In this document: piece by piece, positions 47,349-56,806 of the stretch
Position numbering within the stretch: the stretch's first letter is position 1
How the letters are laid out: the number at the start of each line of letters is the position of its first letter
NCBI GenBank assembly: GCA_021299175.1
Contig: JAJTFY010000003.1
Coordinates: forward strand, 1,462 to 65,461
Length of the DNA: 64,000 bases
Origin: Chitinophagaceae bacterium
Lineage (GTDB): Bacteria; Bacteroidota; Bacteroidia; Chitinophagales; Chitinophagaceae
Direction: 5' to 3'
Notes under the pieces: model-generated
The model's database searches: none
What the model saw: only the letters and a program-made list of their open reading frames with translations
What the model was told of the DNA's origin: nothing
Position numbers and translations under genes: made by a program

Positions 47349-48449
47349 TTAAACATTGAACCTGAAATGCATGATGTCTCCATCCTGTACGATGTAATCT
47401 TTGCCCTGTACAGCCATTTTACCTGCTTCTTTGCAGGCTGCTTCTGATCCAAGGGTTGTAAAGTCAGTATATCCAATCACTTCAGCCCGTATAAACCCTT
47501 TTTCAAAATCGGTATGGATTACACCTGCAGCCTGTGGAGCCAGCATCCCTTTGGTAATGGTCCAGGCCCGGACTTCCTGTATGCCAGCTGTAAAATAGGT
47601 GGCAAGGTTCAGCAATGTATAGGTTGATCGGATCAATCTCACCACACCGCTTTCTGAAAGTCCGAGGTCAGTCAGGAACATCATCCTGTCTTCATAGCTT
47701 TCCATAACAGCTATTTCACTTTCAATTGCTGCACTGACAAAAAGAATTTCAGCATGTTCATGTTTGATGGCTTCTTTTACCTGTTCAGTAAAGATGTTGC
47801 CAGTCACAACACTTTTCTCATCAACATTGCATACATAAACGACCGGTTTAATGGTCAGCAAGAACATATCGTTGATGAATTTTTCTTTTTCTTCTTCACT
47901 GATCTCAAATGCTCTGGCATTCTTACCCTGGTCAAGGTGCTCTTTTAAAGCCCTTAGCACTTCAATTCCCCTCAAAATTTCGCGATCACTGCTCTTGGAC
48001 AGTTTTTCTGATTTGGAAAGTTTTTTCTCAACACTTTCTAGGTCTTTCAATTGCAACTCAGTGTCAATGACTTCTTTATCACGAATAGGATTTACACTGC
48101 CATCTACATGAATAACATTATCATCCTCAAAGCACCTCAGCACATGGATAATGGCATCCGTTGCCCTAATATTTCCAAGAAACTGGTTGCCCAATCCTTC
48201 CCCTTTGCTGGCACCCTTGACCAAGCCTGCGATGTCGACAATTTCAACCGTGGTAGGCACGACTTTTTGAGGCTTGACAATTTTTTCAAGTTCAATGAGC
48301 CTGTCATCAGGAACCGTAATCACTCCGATATTTGGTTCAATTGTGCAGAAAGGGAAATTCGCTGCCTGTGCTTTTGCACTGCTGAGTGCGTTAAATAGGG
48401 TTGATTTTCCTACATTTGGTAATCCGACAATGCCAGCCTGTAATGCCAT
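47349..48449 (-). CDS. ychF: redox-regulated ATPase YchF
   Basis: I chose the start at MALQAGIVGLPNVGKSTLFNAL, giving 366 aa. G-domain motifs and a C-terminal TGS-like end ...DGDIMHFRFNV. Confidence 0.95.
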   Translation of the reverse strand: MALQAGIVGLPNVGKSTLFNALSSAKAQAANFPFCTIEPNIGVITVPDDRLIELEKIVKPQKVVPTTVEIVDIAGLVKGASKGEGLGNQFLGNIRATDAIIHVLRCFEDDNVIHVDGSVNPIRDKEVIDTELQLKDLESVEKKLSKSEKLSKSSDREILRGIEVLRALKEHLDQGKNARAFEISEEEKEKFINDMFLLTIKPVVYVCNVDEKSVVTGNIFTEQVKEAIKHEHAEILFVSAAIESEIAVMESYEDRMMFLTDLGLSESGVVRLIRSTYTLLNLATYFTAGIQEVRAWTITKGMLAPQAAGVIHTDFEKGFIRAEVIGYTDFTTLGSEAACKEAGKMAVQGKDYIVQDGDIMHFRFNV

Positions 48450-48536
48450 AGTTTTGATTTTGCGTGGCAAAGATAGTGTGAATGATGCGATAAGGGCATC
48501 CTTTGTTGGAATTACATTCAAAGCAATCATTGACCG

Positions 48537-49637
48537 ATGGCATTAAATTATATCTGGTTCTTCTTTTTCATCATTGCTTTTGCCATTGCTTTAGGCAAAT
48601 GGGTAATCACCGGTGACCCCCTTATTTTCAAAGCCGTTACAGAAAAATTATTTCCCGAAATCCCCCCCCAACATCCTGCCTATGGGCACATGATGATGAA
48701 TTTTTCAGCCAATTTGCTGGGGCTGGACAATGCCGCAACTCCCTTTGGCCTAAAGGCCATGGAAAGTCTTCAAACCCTTAACCCTGATAAGGAAACAGCC
48801 AGCAATGCCCAAATCATGTTTTTGGTACTGCATGCCTCCGGCCTCACCTTGATTCCCATCAGTATCATCGCGATGAGGGCCTCGGTTAGTCCTCCTGCTG
48901 CCAATCCAACGGATATTTTTATTCCTTGCATGATTGCTACATTTGCAGCAACTGTGGCTGCGCTTAGCATTGTATCGATCCGGCAAAAAATAAACCTCAT
49001 TCAACCAGTCATTTTGGCCTGGATAGGTGGTATTTCATTGCTCATTGGACTGTTGATAGCCTACCTCAAGATTTTCCTTTCCCAGGTACAAATCGAGTCC
49101 TTTTCAACGGTATTGAGCAATGGTCTAATTCTCCTAATATTTCTTGTCTTCTTGTGTGGAGGGATGTACAAAAAGATTAATGTCTTTGAGTCATTTATAG
49201 AAGGTGCCAAAGGTGGCTTTGAGATTGCCATCAAGATCATTCCTTATTTGGTTGCCATGCTTGTTGCCATCAGTGTATTGCGTACTTCCGGAGCATTTGA
49301 ATTCATCACCGATGGAATGAAGACTTTATTCTCATACATGGGGATGGATACGCAGTTTGTTTCAGCACTTCCAACGGCCATGATGAAACCATTGAGTGGG
49401 AGTGGCTCCCGGGCCATGATGGTGGACACCATGACAACCTATGGTGCAGACTCTTTTGCAGGCAGGTTGTCTGCTATTTTTCAAGGAAGCAGTGATACCA
49501 CATTTTATGTAGTAGCTGTATACTTTGGATCTGTGGGCATTAAAAATACACGCTATTCTATACCAAGCATGTTGATGGCCGATTTAGTGGGCATCATTAC
49601 AGCCATCTTTGTAGCTTATCTCTTTTTTGGAAATTGA
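48537..49637 (+). CDS. nucleoside-recognition (Gate) domain membrane protein, fused SpmA/SpmB-like; possibly carrying an in-frame internal deletion
   Basis: 366 aa. Motifs NLLGLDNAATPFGLKAM and NPDKETASNAQIMFLVLHASGLTLIP, plus a second SpmB-like half. The N-terminus jumps from ...LIFKAVTE straight to KLFPEIPPQHPA. Confidence 0.75.
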   Translation: MALNYIWFFFFIIAFAIALGKWVITGDPLIFKAVTEKLFPEIPPQHPAYGHMMMNFSANLLGLDNAATPFGLKAMESLQTLNPDKETASNAQIMFLVLHASGLTLIPISIIAMRASVSPPAANPTDIFIPCMIATFAATVAALSIVSIRQKINLIQPVILAWIGGISLLIGLLIAYLKIFLSQVQIESFSTVLSNGLILLIFLVFLCGGMYKKINVFESFIEGAKGGFEIAIKIIPYLVAMLVAISVLRTSGAFEFITDGMKTLFSYMGMDTQFVSALPTAMMKPLSGSGSRAMMVDTMTTYGADSFAGRLSAIFQGSSDTTFYVVAVYFGSVGIKNTRYSIPSMLMADLVGIITAIFVAYLFFGN

Positions 49638-49996
49638 TCATGAACATTATTTTAAAAGATATCAGATTGTTTGGTTATCACGGAGTACATCCATTGGAAA
49701 ATATGTGTGGCACTGAATTCATCATCAATATTGTTATTGTAATGGATAATAATCACCGTATCAAAATATTGTCAGATACCATCGATTATGCTGCTGTCTA
49801 TAGTGTGATGAAGAAGGTATTCTCGATGCCAGAGCAATTGTTGGAAGTGGTTGCAGAAAAGATTTTCGTCGCGATTGCAGAAAGTTTCCCCATTGCCAGT
49901 GAAATTGATATCAGCATCATGAAATCAAATCCACCGATTGAGGGATTCCTGGGACAGGTGGGTATACAACTAAAAAAAAGAACAAGTGAAATATAA
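49634..49996 (+). CDS. folB: dihydroneopterin aldolase
   Basis: 120 aa. Contains IRLFGYHGVHPLENMCGTEF... and DTIDYAAVY. Confidence 0.85.
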   Translation: MIMNIILKDIRLFGYHGVHPLENMCGTEFIINIVIVMDNNHRIKILSDTIDYAAVYSVMKKVFSMPEQLLEVVAEKIFVAIAESFPIASEIDISIMKSNPPIEGFLGQVGIQLKKRTSEI

Positions 49997-50735
49997 TTTC
50001 CTTTTCACGATATTATTACTGTCTACTGTTCATTTGTTTGCACAACAATCCCCTTTGATTGATGAGGCCAGATTGTTGGAACGCCAGTTCAAGACCATGG
50101 AAGCCATCAGAAAATATGAATCGTTCATGGTAAATGATCCCAGAAATATTCCTGTTCTTGTTCGTATTGCTGAGCTTTATTGTATGGAGGGAACATCCAT
50201 AGCCAAGGAGGAGGAAAGCAAGTCAATGTATATATTGGCTGACAAATACACTGAAAAAGCATTTTCCATTGATTCCAACCGGGCAGATGTGCGGTATGCC
50301 AAAGCGATGGTCATCGGCAAGATGATTGAATATGCCTCCATCAAGGATAAAACAAGGCTAACCATGCAACTCAGAACAATGGCCGAAAAATCTTTATCCA
50401 TCGATCCCAACTACACAAAGGCAATGTATACTTTGGCAAAATGGAATGATGAGGTTGCTTCATTGAATCCTGCCGCCAGGGCTGCGCTAAAACTCATGAA
50501 CAAGGGATTCCCCGCTGCCTCTACAGAAGAGGCCATTACACTTTATGAAAAAGCCCGTAAATTAGACCCTGGTTTCATTTTGAATAACCATGATCTGGCC
50601 ATGGCGTATAAAAAAATGGGGAAATCTTTGCAAGCGATTGAGCTGCTCAATTATCAGCTGAAATTGCCTGCAAAGACCAAAGAAGACCAAGAAATAAAAC
50701 TCAAGTCTAAACAATTGTTGGAAAGCTTAAAATAA
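49986..50735 (+). CDS. hypothetical secreted helical-repeat (TPR-like) protein
   Basis: 249 aa. Signal peptide (LLLSTVHLFAQ) and repeated helical hairpins with A/Y/K patterns. Confidence 0.55.
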   Translation: MKYNFLFTILLLSTVHLFAQQSPLIDEARLLERQFKTMEAIRKYESFMVNDPRNIPVLVRIAELYCMEGTSIAKEEESKSMYILADKYTEKAFSIDSNRADVRYAKAMVIGKMIEYASIKDKTRLTMQLRTMAEKSLSIDPNYTKAMYTLAKWNDEVASLNPAARAALKLMNKGFPAASTEEAITLYEKARKLDPGFILNNHDLAMAYKKMGKSLQAIELLNYQLKLPAKTKEDQEIKLKSKQLLESLK

Positions 50736-50756
50736 ATCAATTTTCAATTTACAGCT

Positions 50757-52745
50757 ATGTTTAAAAAATGCTCCGTCTTTGTCTTGTTATTTATGTGTTC
50801 ATTTGGTTTCTCCATTGCTCAGGAACAGGAAAAGCCTGTTTCCAAGTACGACGCCAATGAACTTTTCAATCCTCTCTTTTACAAAGAACACGGTAGCCTT
50901 ACCCGTTCAGGAAATGGTGAGCCAGGAAAGGCTTATTGGCAAAACAAGGCTGATTACAAGATCAGTGCTGAATTGAATGATCAGAACAATCAGATTGCCG
51001 GATCAGTAACGCTGACCTATTCCAATAACAGCCCCCACAACCTTGGTTTCCTCTGGTTTCAATTGGACCAGAACCTTTTCAATCCCAACTCAAGGGGCTT
51101 TGCCAAGCTTCCTGTAGCCGGCAGAAGCAGGTATGGAAATGCTGCAACCCCATTCGAAGGCGGATATACCATCAAATCTGTTAAAATCATCTCCTCTGTT
51201 GGTGGTAAAACCACCGAATCTACAGTTGAACCTGAAATCACAGATACCCGCATGAGGGTTGACCTTCCAAGATTATTGAAGGCAGGGGGTGATAAGGTCA
51301 TGGTAAAAGTGGATTATGCCTACACTGTTCCAGAATATGGTGCAGACAGGACAGGCATCCTCAAAAATGCAGATGGCAACATTTATGCCATTGCACAATG
51401 GTATCCCCGAATTTGTGTTTTTGACGATATTCAAGGTTGGAATACCCTCCCTTATCTGGGCGCAAGCGAATTTTACTTGGAGTATGGCAATTTTGAAGTT
51501 TCCATCACTGCCCCGGCAAGTCATGTTGTAGTTGCCTCTGGAGACCTGCTCAATCCTTCAGAAGTGATGACGGCAGAACAGTTGAAAAGATACCAGAAAG
51601 CCCACCTGAGTGATGAAACGGTTATGATCAGGAGCAAAGAGGAAATCAAGGATCCAGCCTCAAGGCCTTCAACGGCAAAACTTACCTGGAAGTATGCCAT
51701 TGCCAATTCAAGGGATTTTGCCTGGGCATCATCAACCTCTTTCATCTGGGATGCAGCAAGGATCAATCTTCCCAGCGGTAAAAAGGCCTTGGCTCAGTCA
51801 GTATATCCCAGCAGTTCAGATGGTAAAAATGCTTGGGGAAGAAGTACCGAATATACAAAAGCAAGCATTGAAAACTATTCCAAAAGATGGTTTGAATATC
51901 CTTATCCCATTGCCACCAACGTAGCCAGCAATGTTGGTGGAATGGAATATCCGGGTATCGTATTCTGTGGGTCTACTGCAAAAACAGGAGGACTCTGGGG
52001 TGTTACCGACCATGAATTTGGACATACCTGGTTTCCCATGATTGTAGGAAGCAACGAAAGAAAATATGGCTGGATGGATGAAGGATTCAACACATTTATC
52101 AATGACATTGCCTCTCAGGACTTTAACAATGGAGAGTATGCCTCAAAAGAAATGAATGCGCACAGTATGGCTAAATTCTTGTACAGCGACAGGTCTGAAG
52201 CCATCATGAAAACGCCAGACGCATTGAAAGAAGCCAACATTGGGCTTTCACTCTACATGAAGCCAGGTTTTGCACTTACTTTATTAAGAGAACAAATAGT
52301 AGGACCGAAACGATTCGATTCAGCCTTTAAAAAATACATCCGTGATTGGTCTTTCAAACATCCAGCCCCTTGGGATTTTTTCAGGAGCATGGAAAATGGG
52401 GTAGGCGAGGATTTGGGATGGTTCTGGAAAGCCATGTTTCTTGAAAATTGGAGACTTGATCAGGCCATCACCAATGTGGAGTACCAGGGCAACAATGCCA
52501 ACAATGGAGCCATCATCACCCTTGAAAACCTCGAAAAAGCTGCCATGCCTGTTGTCATTGAGTATGAAACAGTTGCTGGTAATAAAGGAAGGATCAAGCT
52601 TCCTGTTGAAATTTGGCAGAATGGAGGTATTTTCAAAACAAGGATTCGTGTTACTGAGGAACTGTTAAAAGTTACCATTGATCCTGAAAAGGTATTCCCT
52701 GATTTCAACAGTGATAACAATACCTGGACCGCTAAAAAGCAATAA
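50757..52745 (+). CDS. M1-family zinc metallopeptidase (aminopeptidase N-like), secreted
   Basis: 662 aa. Signal peptide, HEFGHTWF zinc motif plus downstream WMDEGFNTF glutamate, and a GGMEYPG (GxMEN-like) exopeptidase motif. Confidence 0.9.
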   Translation: MFKKCSVFVLLFMCSFGFSIAQEQEKPVSKYDANELFNPLFYKEHGSLTRSGNGEPGKAYWQNKADYKISAELNDQNNQIAGSVTLTYSNNSPHNLGFLWFQLDQNLFNPNSRGFAKLPVAGRSRYGNAATPFEGGYTIKSVKIISSVGGKTTESTVEPEITDTRMRVDLPRLLKAGGDKVMVKVDYAYTVPEYGADRTGILKNADGNIYAIAQWYPRICVFDDIQGWNTLPYLGASEFYLEYGNFEVSITAPASHVVVASGDLLNPSEVMTAEQLKRYQKAHLSDETVMIRSKEEIKDPASRPSTAKLTWKYAIANSRDFAWASSTSFIWDAARINLPSGKKALAQSVYPSSSDGKNAWGRSTEYTKASIENYSKRWFEYPYPIATNVASNVGGMEYPGIVFCGSTAKTGGLWGVTDHEFGHTWFPMIVGSNERKYGWMDEGFNTFINDIASQDFNNGEYASKEMNAHSMAKFLYSDRSEAIMKTPDALKEANIGLSLYMKPGFALTLLREQIVGPKRFDSAFKKYIRDWSFKHPAPWDFFRSMENGVGEDLGWFWKAMFLENWRLDQAITNVEYQGNNANNGAIITLENLEKAAMPVVIEYETVAGNKGRIKLPVEIWQNGGIFKTRIRVTEELLKVTIDPEKVFPDFNSDNNTWTAKKQ

Positions 52746-52757
52746 ACAGGATTTTTT

Positions 52758-52782
52758 GGGGATAAATTTCTGATTTATCCCC
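52758..52782. terminator. perfect 10-bp hairpin after the M1 peptidase gene (no U-tract)
   Basis: GGGGATAAAT-TTCTG-ATTTATCCCC, located 13 nt after the stop codon. Confidence 0.4.
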
Positions 52783-52791
52783 AAAATCATT

Positions 52792-52799
52792 TAATTTTG
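52792..52799 (+). promoter_or_regulatory. -7 promoter box TAATTTTG for rpmI-rplT
   Basis: Part of TTAATTTTGCACTCC, identical to the tRNA-His promoter block. Confidence 0.5.
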
Positions 52800-52899
52800 C
52801 ACTCCTTTCAGTTTAACGACTGAAAACTATTCCCAAAAGGTTCCATAAGTTCTTCGTCTGTTCGAAGGCACCAGCAGGGGTAAATTTAAAATTATAGTC

Positions 52900-53097
52900 A
52901 TGCCAAAAGTTAAAACCCACTCAAGGGCTAAAAAAACTTTTAAGATCACCGGCAGCGGAAAGATCACTTACAGAAAGCCTACAAGAGGTCACTTGCTCAC
53001 CAAGAAAACCAACAAACGCAAACGTGCACTCCGTGTTCAAGGTGTTGTACATCATGCCAATCTTGATTTCGTAAAAAGACTCCTTCGCCTGAAATAA
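52900..53097 (+). CDS. rpmI: 50S ribosomal protein L35
   Basis: 65 aa. MPKVKTHSRAKKTFKITGSGK... Confidence 0.95.
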   Translation: MPKVKTHSRAKKTFKITGSGKITYRKPTRGHLLTKKTNKRKRALRVQGVVHHANLDFVKRLLRLK

Positions 53098-53135
53098 GGC
53101 CTTTCACATTACTTCAAATTTAAACTCATTACAAT

Positions 53136-53480
53136 ATGCCACGTTCAAAAAATGCGGTAGCCTCCAGGGCCCGTAAAAAAAGAATTCTTAAGCAGGCGAA
53201 AGGATTCTACGGAAAAAGGAAAAATGTTTATACCGTTGCCAAAAACGTACTCGAGAAAGGCCTCACTTATAGCTATGTTGGTCGTAAACTCAAGAAGAGA
53301 GACTACAGAAGCCTCTGGATAGTTCGTATCAATGCAGCAGTCAGGGAAGAAGGAATGAAATATTCTGAGTTCATCAATAAGCTTAAGGTCAAAGGAATTG
53401 ATCTCGATCGCAAGGTACTTGCAGATCTTGCCATGAACAATCCTGAGTCTTTCAAGCAATTGGTTGTTTCTGTAAAATAA
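53136..53480 (+). CDS. rplT: 50S ribosomal protein L20
   Basis: 114 aa. [26 protein letters not shown]... Confidence 0.95.
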   Translation: MPRSKNAVASRARKKRILKQAKGFYGKRKNVYTVAKNVLEKGLTYSYVGRKLKKRDYRSLWIVRINAAVREEGMKYSEFINKLKVKGIDLDRKVLADLAMNNPESFKQLVVSVK

Positions 53481-53503
53481 CCCATACTGATTCAATCAGT
53501 AAG

Positions 53504-53532
53504 CCGGATGTCAAATAAACATCCGGTTTTTT
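53504..53532 (+). terminator. rho-independent terminator after rplT
   Basis: 8-bp stem CCGGATGT / ACATCCGG followed by TTTTTT. Confidence 0.75.
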
Positions 53533-53553
53533 ATTTCAGATGGTGAAAAAAAT

Positions 53554-53561
53554 TAATTTTG
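53554..53561 (+). promoter_or_regulatory. -7 promoter box TAATTTTG for the decarboxylase gene
   Basis: AATTAATTTTGTGCC is an exact TAnnTTTG match, about 45 nt upstream of the ATG at 53606. Confidence 0.45.
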
Positions 53562-53605
53562 TGCCTCATTGCGATTCAACAACTTAAACAGACGGAAACG
53601 GTAAA

Positions 53606-55012
53606 ATGAGCAATACCTACACAGACCTTGTCAAACAGACGTTTTATTTTCCCCAGGAAGGCTTTGAAACCAAAGATGGTTACCTGCATTTCAATGATCT
53701 TGATTTAAAAGCCATCATTGACAAGTATGGCACGCCTTTGAAACTCACGTATCTTCCCAAAATAGGATCACAGATCAACAAGGCCAAGGATTTGTTCCAG
53801 AAGGCTTTCAAGAAACACAACTACGAAGGGAAGTACCATTATTGCTATTGCACAAAAAGTTCGCATTTTTCATTTGTTGTTGAAGAGGCCTTGCAGCATG
53901 ATATCCATCTTGAAACTTCTTTTGCATACGATATTGAAATCATCAATAATCTGTACAAAAGGAAGAAGATCACCAAAGACACTTTTATCATTTGCAATGG
54001 GTTTAAACAGAAAACATATACATCCCGTATATCCCGTCTGATCAATACCGGTTTTAAAAACGTCATACCTATCCTTGATAACAAGGAAGAGCTTGACCGT
54101 TATAAAAGAGGTGTCAGGGTTCCATTTAAATTGGGAATCCGTGTTGCCGCTGAGGAAGAGCCCAATTTTCCTTTCTATACCTCTCGACTCGGCATCAGGG
54201 CCAAAGATATTCTGGAGTTTTATGTAGACCAGATTGAAGGTTATGAGGAGAAATTCCAATTGAAGATGCTGCATATATTCCTCAACAAGGGAATAAAAGA
54301 CGATATCTATTACTGGAGTGAATTGAACAAAGTCATCAATCTCTACTGTCAGTTAAAAAAGATCTGCCCGGAATTGGATTCCATTAATATTGGCGGAGGT
54401 TTCCCGATTAAGCATTCATTGGGGTTTGAATATGATTATGCTTTCATGATCAATGAGATCGTGGGTACCATTAAAAAAGCCTGTAAAAAAGCCAAGGTTC
54501 CGATGCCCAATATCTTCACGGAGTTTGGCAGCTTCACTGTTGGTGAAAGCATGGCACATGTATACTCTGTCTTGGCTGAAAAAGTACAGAACGACAGGGA
54601 AATCTGGTACATGATTGATTCTTCTTTTATCACCACCTTGCCAGACACCTGGGGGATAGGTGAGAAATTTCTCATGTTGCCCATCAATAAGTGGCAAAAT
54701 GAATACCAACGGGTAGTTTTGGGTGGTCTCACTTGCGACAGCCATGATTATTATGATTCCGAGGAGCATATCAATGAAGTGTTCTTGCCTAAGATTACAG
54801 GTGATGATTCAAAAGAACCACTCTATCTTGGCTTCTTCCATACTGGGGCTTATCAAGATCAAATCAGTGGATATGGTGGAATCAAGCATTGCATGATCCC
54901 ATCGCCAAAGCATATCATTGTTGGAAGAGACAGGCATGGAAAACTCCACGATTGGGTTTATGCGAAGGAACAATCTGCCCAGAGCATGCTCAAGATTCTC
55001 GGCTATCTGTAG
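53606..55012 (+). CDS. PLP-dependent Orn/DAP/Arg decarboxylase family protein (short arginine-decarboxylase-like)
   Basis: 468 aa. Alanine-racemase-fold N-domain (YCTKSSHF with candidate PLP Lys), INIGGGFP, and a C-terminal beta-barrel region GGLTCDSHD. Substrate assignment is by family resemblance only. Confidence 0.75.
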   Translation: MSNTYTDLVKQTFYFPQEGFETKDGYLHFNDLDLKAIIDKYGTPLKLTYLPKIGSQINKAKDLFQKAFKKHNYEGKYHYCYCTKSSHFSFVVEEALQHDIHLETSFAYDIEIINNLYKRKKITKDTFIICNGFKQKTYTSRISRLINTGFKNVIPILDNKEELDRYKRGVRVPFKLGIRVAAEEEPNFPFYTSRLGIRAKDILEFYVDQIEGYEEKFQLKMLHIFLNKGIKDDIYYWSELNKVINLYCQLKKICPELDSINIGGGFPIKHSLGFEYDYAFMINEIVGTIKKACKKAKVPMPNIFTEFGSFTVGESMAHVYSVLAEKVQNDREIWYMIDSSFITTLPDTWGIGEKFLMLPINKWQNEYQRVVLGGLTCDSHDYYDSEEHINEVFLPKITGDDSKEPLYLGFFHTGAYQDQISGYGGIKHCMIPSPKHIIVGRDRHGKLHDWVYAKEQSAQSMLKILGYL

Positions 55013-55022
55013 ATAATAATTT

Positions 55023-56315
55023 TTAGTTGACCTTGAGTTTGTATTTCTTGTTGACCTTGGGATTGTTGAAGTATTTTTCGGCATCCTCCTGGGAGTAACG
55101 TGGGTCAAATTCTACCAGTGGTAAATCCACCAATTGAAGCTGGGATTGTTTTAGTTCATCTCTTAGCTTCTTTGTTTTTGCCAGGATTTCCGGATCACGG
55201 TCACCAATGGTCATGTTCTCAGTAATCATGTAATCAAGCCTTTTGATGGTGGCCCTGACTTGGGATGCTGTATTTTGTTCCTGTACCTTATTAGGAGACA
55301 CGGCTTCTTTTACAGGAACCAGGGTAAGACCAACGGAGGGCAGTACTTTCCCCATATTTTTGGCGCTTATTGATGTTCCTGTACTGGAAATGATGGTGCC
55401 CAACATGGCTGTAGTTGAACCAGAAATATCAAAACCTGTTCTTGTATTTTTTGTTTTTTTAATGTTTGTGCTGATGACAAAAAAAGTCAGTTTAAGATTG
55501 GTGACATATTTTTTTATTTCATTGGTCACCTGAAAATGTTCTTGGTTTTTTTGAGGGTAATTGATGCCTGGTTTGATAAAAACCCTGACTGTTGCGGTAT
55601 CACTGTTCCTGAATTTGTCCGTTCCAATAAATTGAAGCACCAGAATTTTTTGGCGTGCAGTATCATTTTCACGGATAAAATCATAAGGGACCATCCATCC
55701 AAACTCATCATCGCATTTATTGACAGATTTGAAATTGCTGATGGGCAGGTTGGAGTTGATGGTGATTTGTTCCACAGGAAAGCTACCGGTTTCGCACTGA
55801 ACCCTGAATCTGACTGAATCACCCTCTTCTAGCAATACAGTGTTACCAATGGTTGGCTTCAATTTAGAAACAACAACCTCGGTACTGTAAAACATAATGG
55901 TAAACCCTGACTCAATGCGATCTTTTGCATCCCTGAGGTTCTGGACACCTACTTCAACATTGTAAGGGATATCATATTTTAATTTACCGCTTTTAAAATA
56001 TGATTTCTCCGCCTTAAAATACAGCAAACCAGTATTCTTGTCTATTTTGACACCGATAGGAGCGTTTTTAAGGTACCAAAAATAGAATTCGGATGGTTTA
56101 TTGATTTGCAGGTCATATATAAGAGAGGAGTCCACCTGAAGGGTGAAAAAAGGGTTCAGGTTTATGATCCTAAGCACCGAATCAAGGTTGATGGGTTCTG
56201 GAAGAACAGGCGTAAGGGTATCCTGCTTGACAATCAGCGTGTCTTGCTTGGTTTCCTGGGAAAATGCATTCCCACATAGGAAAATTGCGGCTATAAAAAC
56301 AAGTATGCTTTTCAA
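55023..56315 (-). CDS. hypothetical secreted protein with Ig-like (dystroglycan/He_PIG-type) motif and C-terminal helical region
   Basis: 430-aa ORF. Signal peptide (IFLCGNAFSQ). NAPIGVKIDKNTGLLYF resembles putative-Ig-domain motifs. There is a Ser/Thr/Gly-rich hydrophobic stretch near residue 300. Confidence 0.55.
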   Translation of the reverse strand: MKSILVFIAAIFLCGNAFSQETKQDTLIVKQDTLTPVLPEPINLDSVLRIINLNPFFTLQVDSSLIYDLQINKPSEFYFWYLKNAPIGVKIDKNTGLLYFKAEKSYFKSGKLKYDIPYNVEVGVQNLRDAKDRIESGFTIMFYSTEVVVSKLKPTIGNTVLLEEGDSVRFRVQCETGSFPVEQITINSNLPISNFKSVNKCDDEFGWMVPYDFIRENDTARQKILVLQFIGTDKFRNSDTATVRVFIKPGINYPQKNQEHFQVTNEIKKYVTNLKLTFFVISTNIKKTKNTRTGFDISGSTTAMLGTIISSTGTSISAKNMGKVLPSVGLTLVPVKEAVSPNKVQEQNTASQVRATIKRLDYMITENMTIGDRDPEILAKTKKLRDELKQSQLQLVDLPLVEFDPRYSQEDAEKYFNNPKVNKKYKLKVN

Positions 56316-56385
56316 ATCAAACTTTGTTTAAACGAAATTAACTCAAAACCGGCAAATGTGTAACTTCGCTTAAAATCTTAACAAT

Positions 56386-56802
56386 ATGTATCCAGCAGAA
56401 ATAGTGATTCCAATGAAAGAGGAGCTTACAGAGAATGGTTTTGATGAGCTTTTAACCCCCGCATCTGTAGATGAAATCTTGTCTGCCCCAGGCACAACAC
56501 TTATTGTAGTTAACTCTGTATGTGGTTGTTCAGCAGGCAGTGCAAGACCAGGTGTCCTCATGTCTGTGCACAATTCCACCAAGCGTCCTGACCATCTTAC
56601 TACCGCCTTTGCCGGTTTTGATCTCGCTGCAGTGCAGCGTTTGAGAGAACATCTCTTGCCTTATCCTCCATCATCACCAGCCGTTGCCCTTTTCAAAGAT
56701 GGCAAACTGGTGCACATGATTGAAAGACATCAGATTGAGGGAAGACCCGCCCAGATGATCGCGCAAAACCTCATGGCTGCCTACGAAGAATACTGTAATT
56801 GA
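56386..56802 (+). CDS. bacilliredoxin (BrxA/BrxB, YphP/YqiW family)
   Basis: 138 aa. Redox motif VNSVCGCSAGSARP (CGC), with family-typical length and ends. Confidence 0.85.
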   Translation: MYPAEIVIPMKEELTENGFDELLTPASVDEILSAPGTTLIVVNSVCGCSAGSARPGVLMSVHNSTKRPDHLTTAFAGFDLAAVQRLREHLLPYPPSSPAVALFKDGKLVHMIERHQIEGRPAQMIAQNLMAAYEEYCN

Positions 56803-56806
56803 GGCT

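Noticed and set aside
56386-56802. BrxA/BrxB name suggesting a BREX phage-defence component
   Set aside because: This is the bacilliredoxin (CGC thiol-redox) family, unrelated to BREX, and no BREX genes are nearby.
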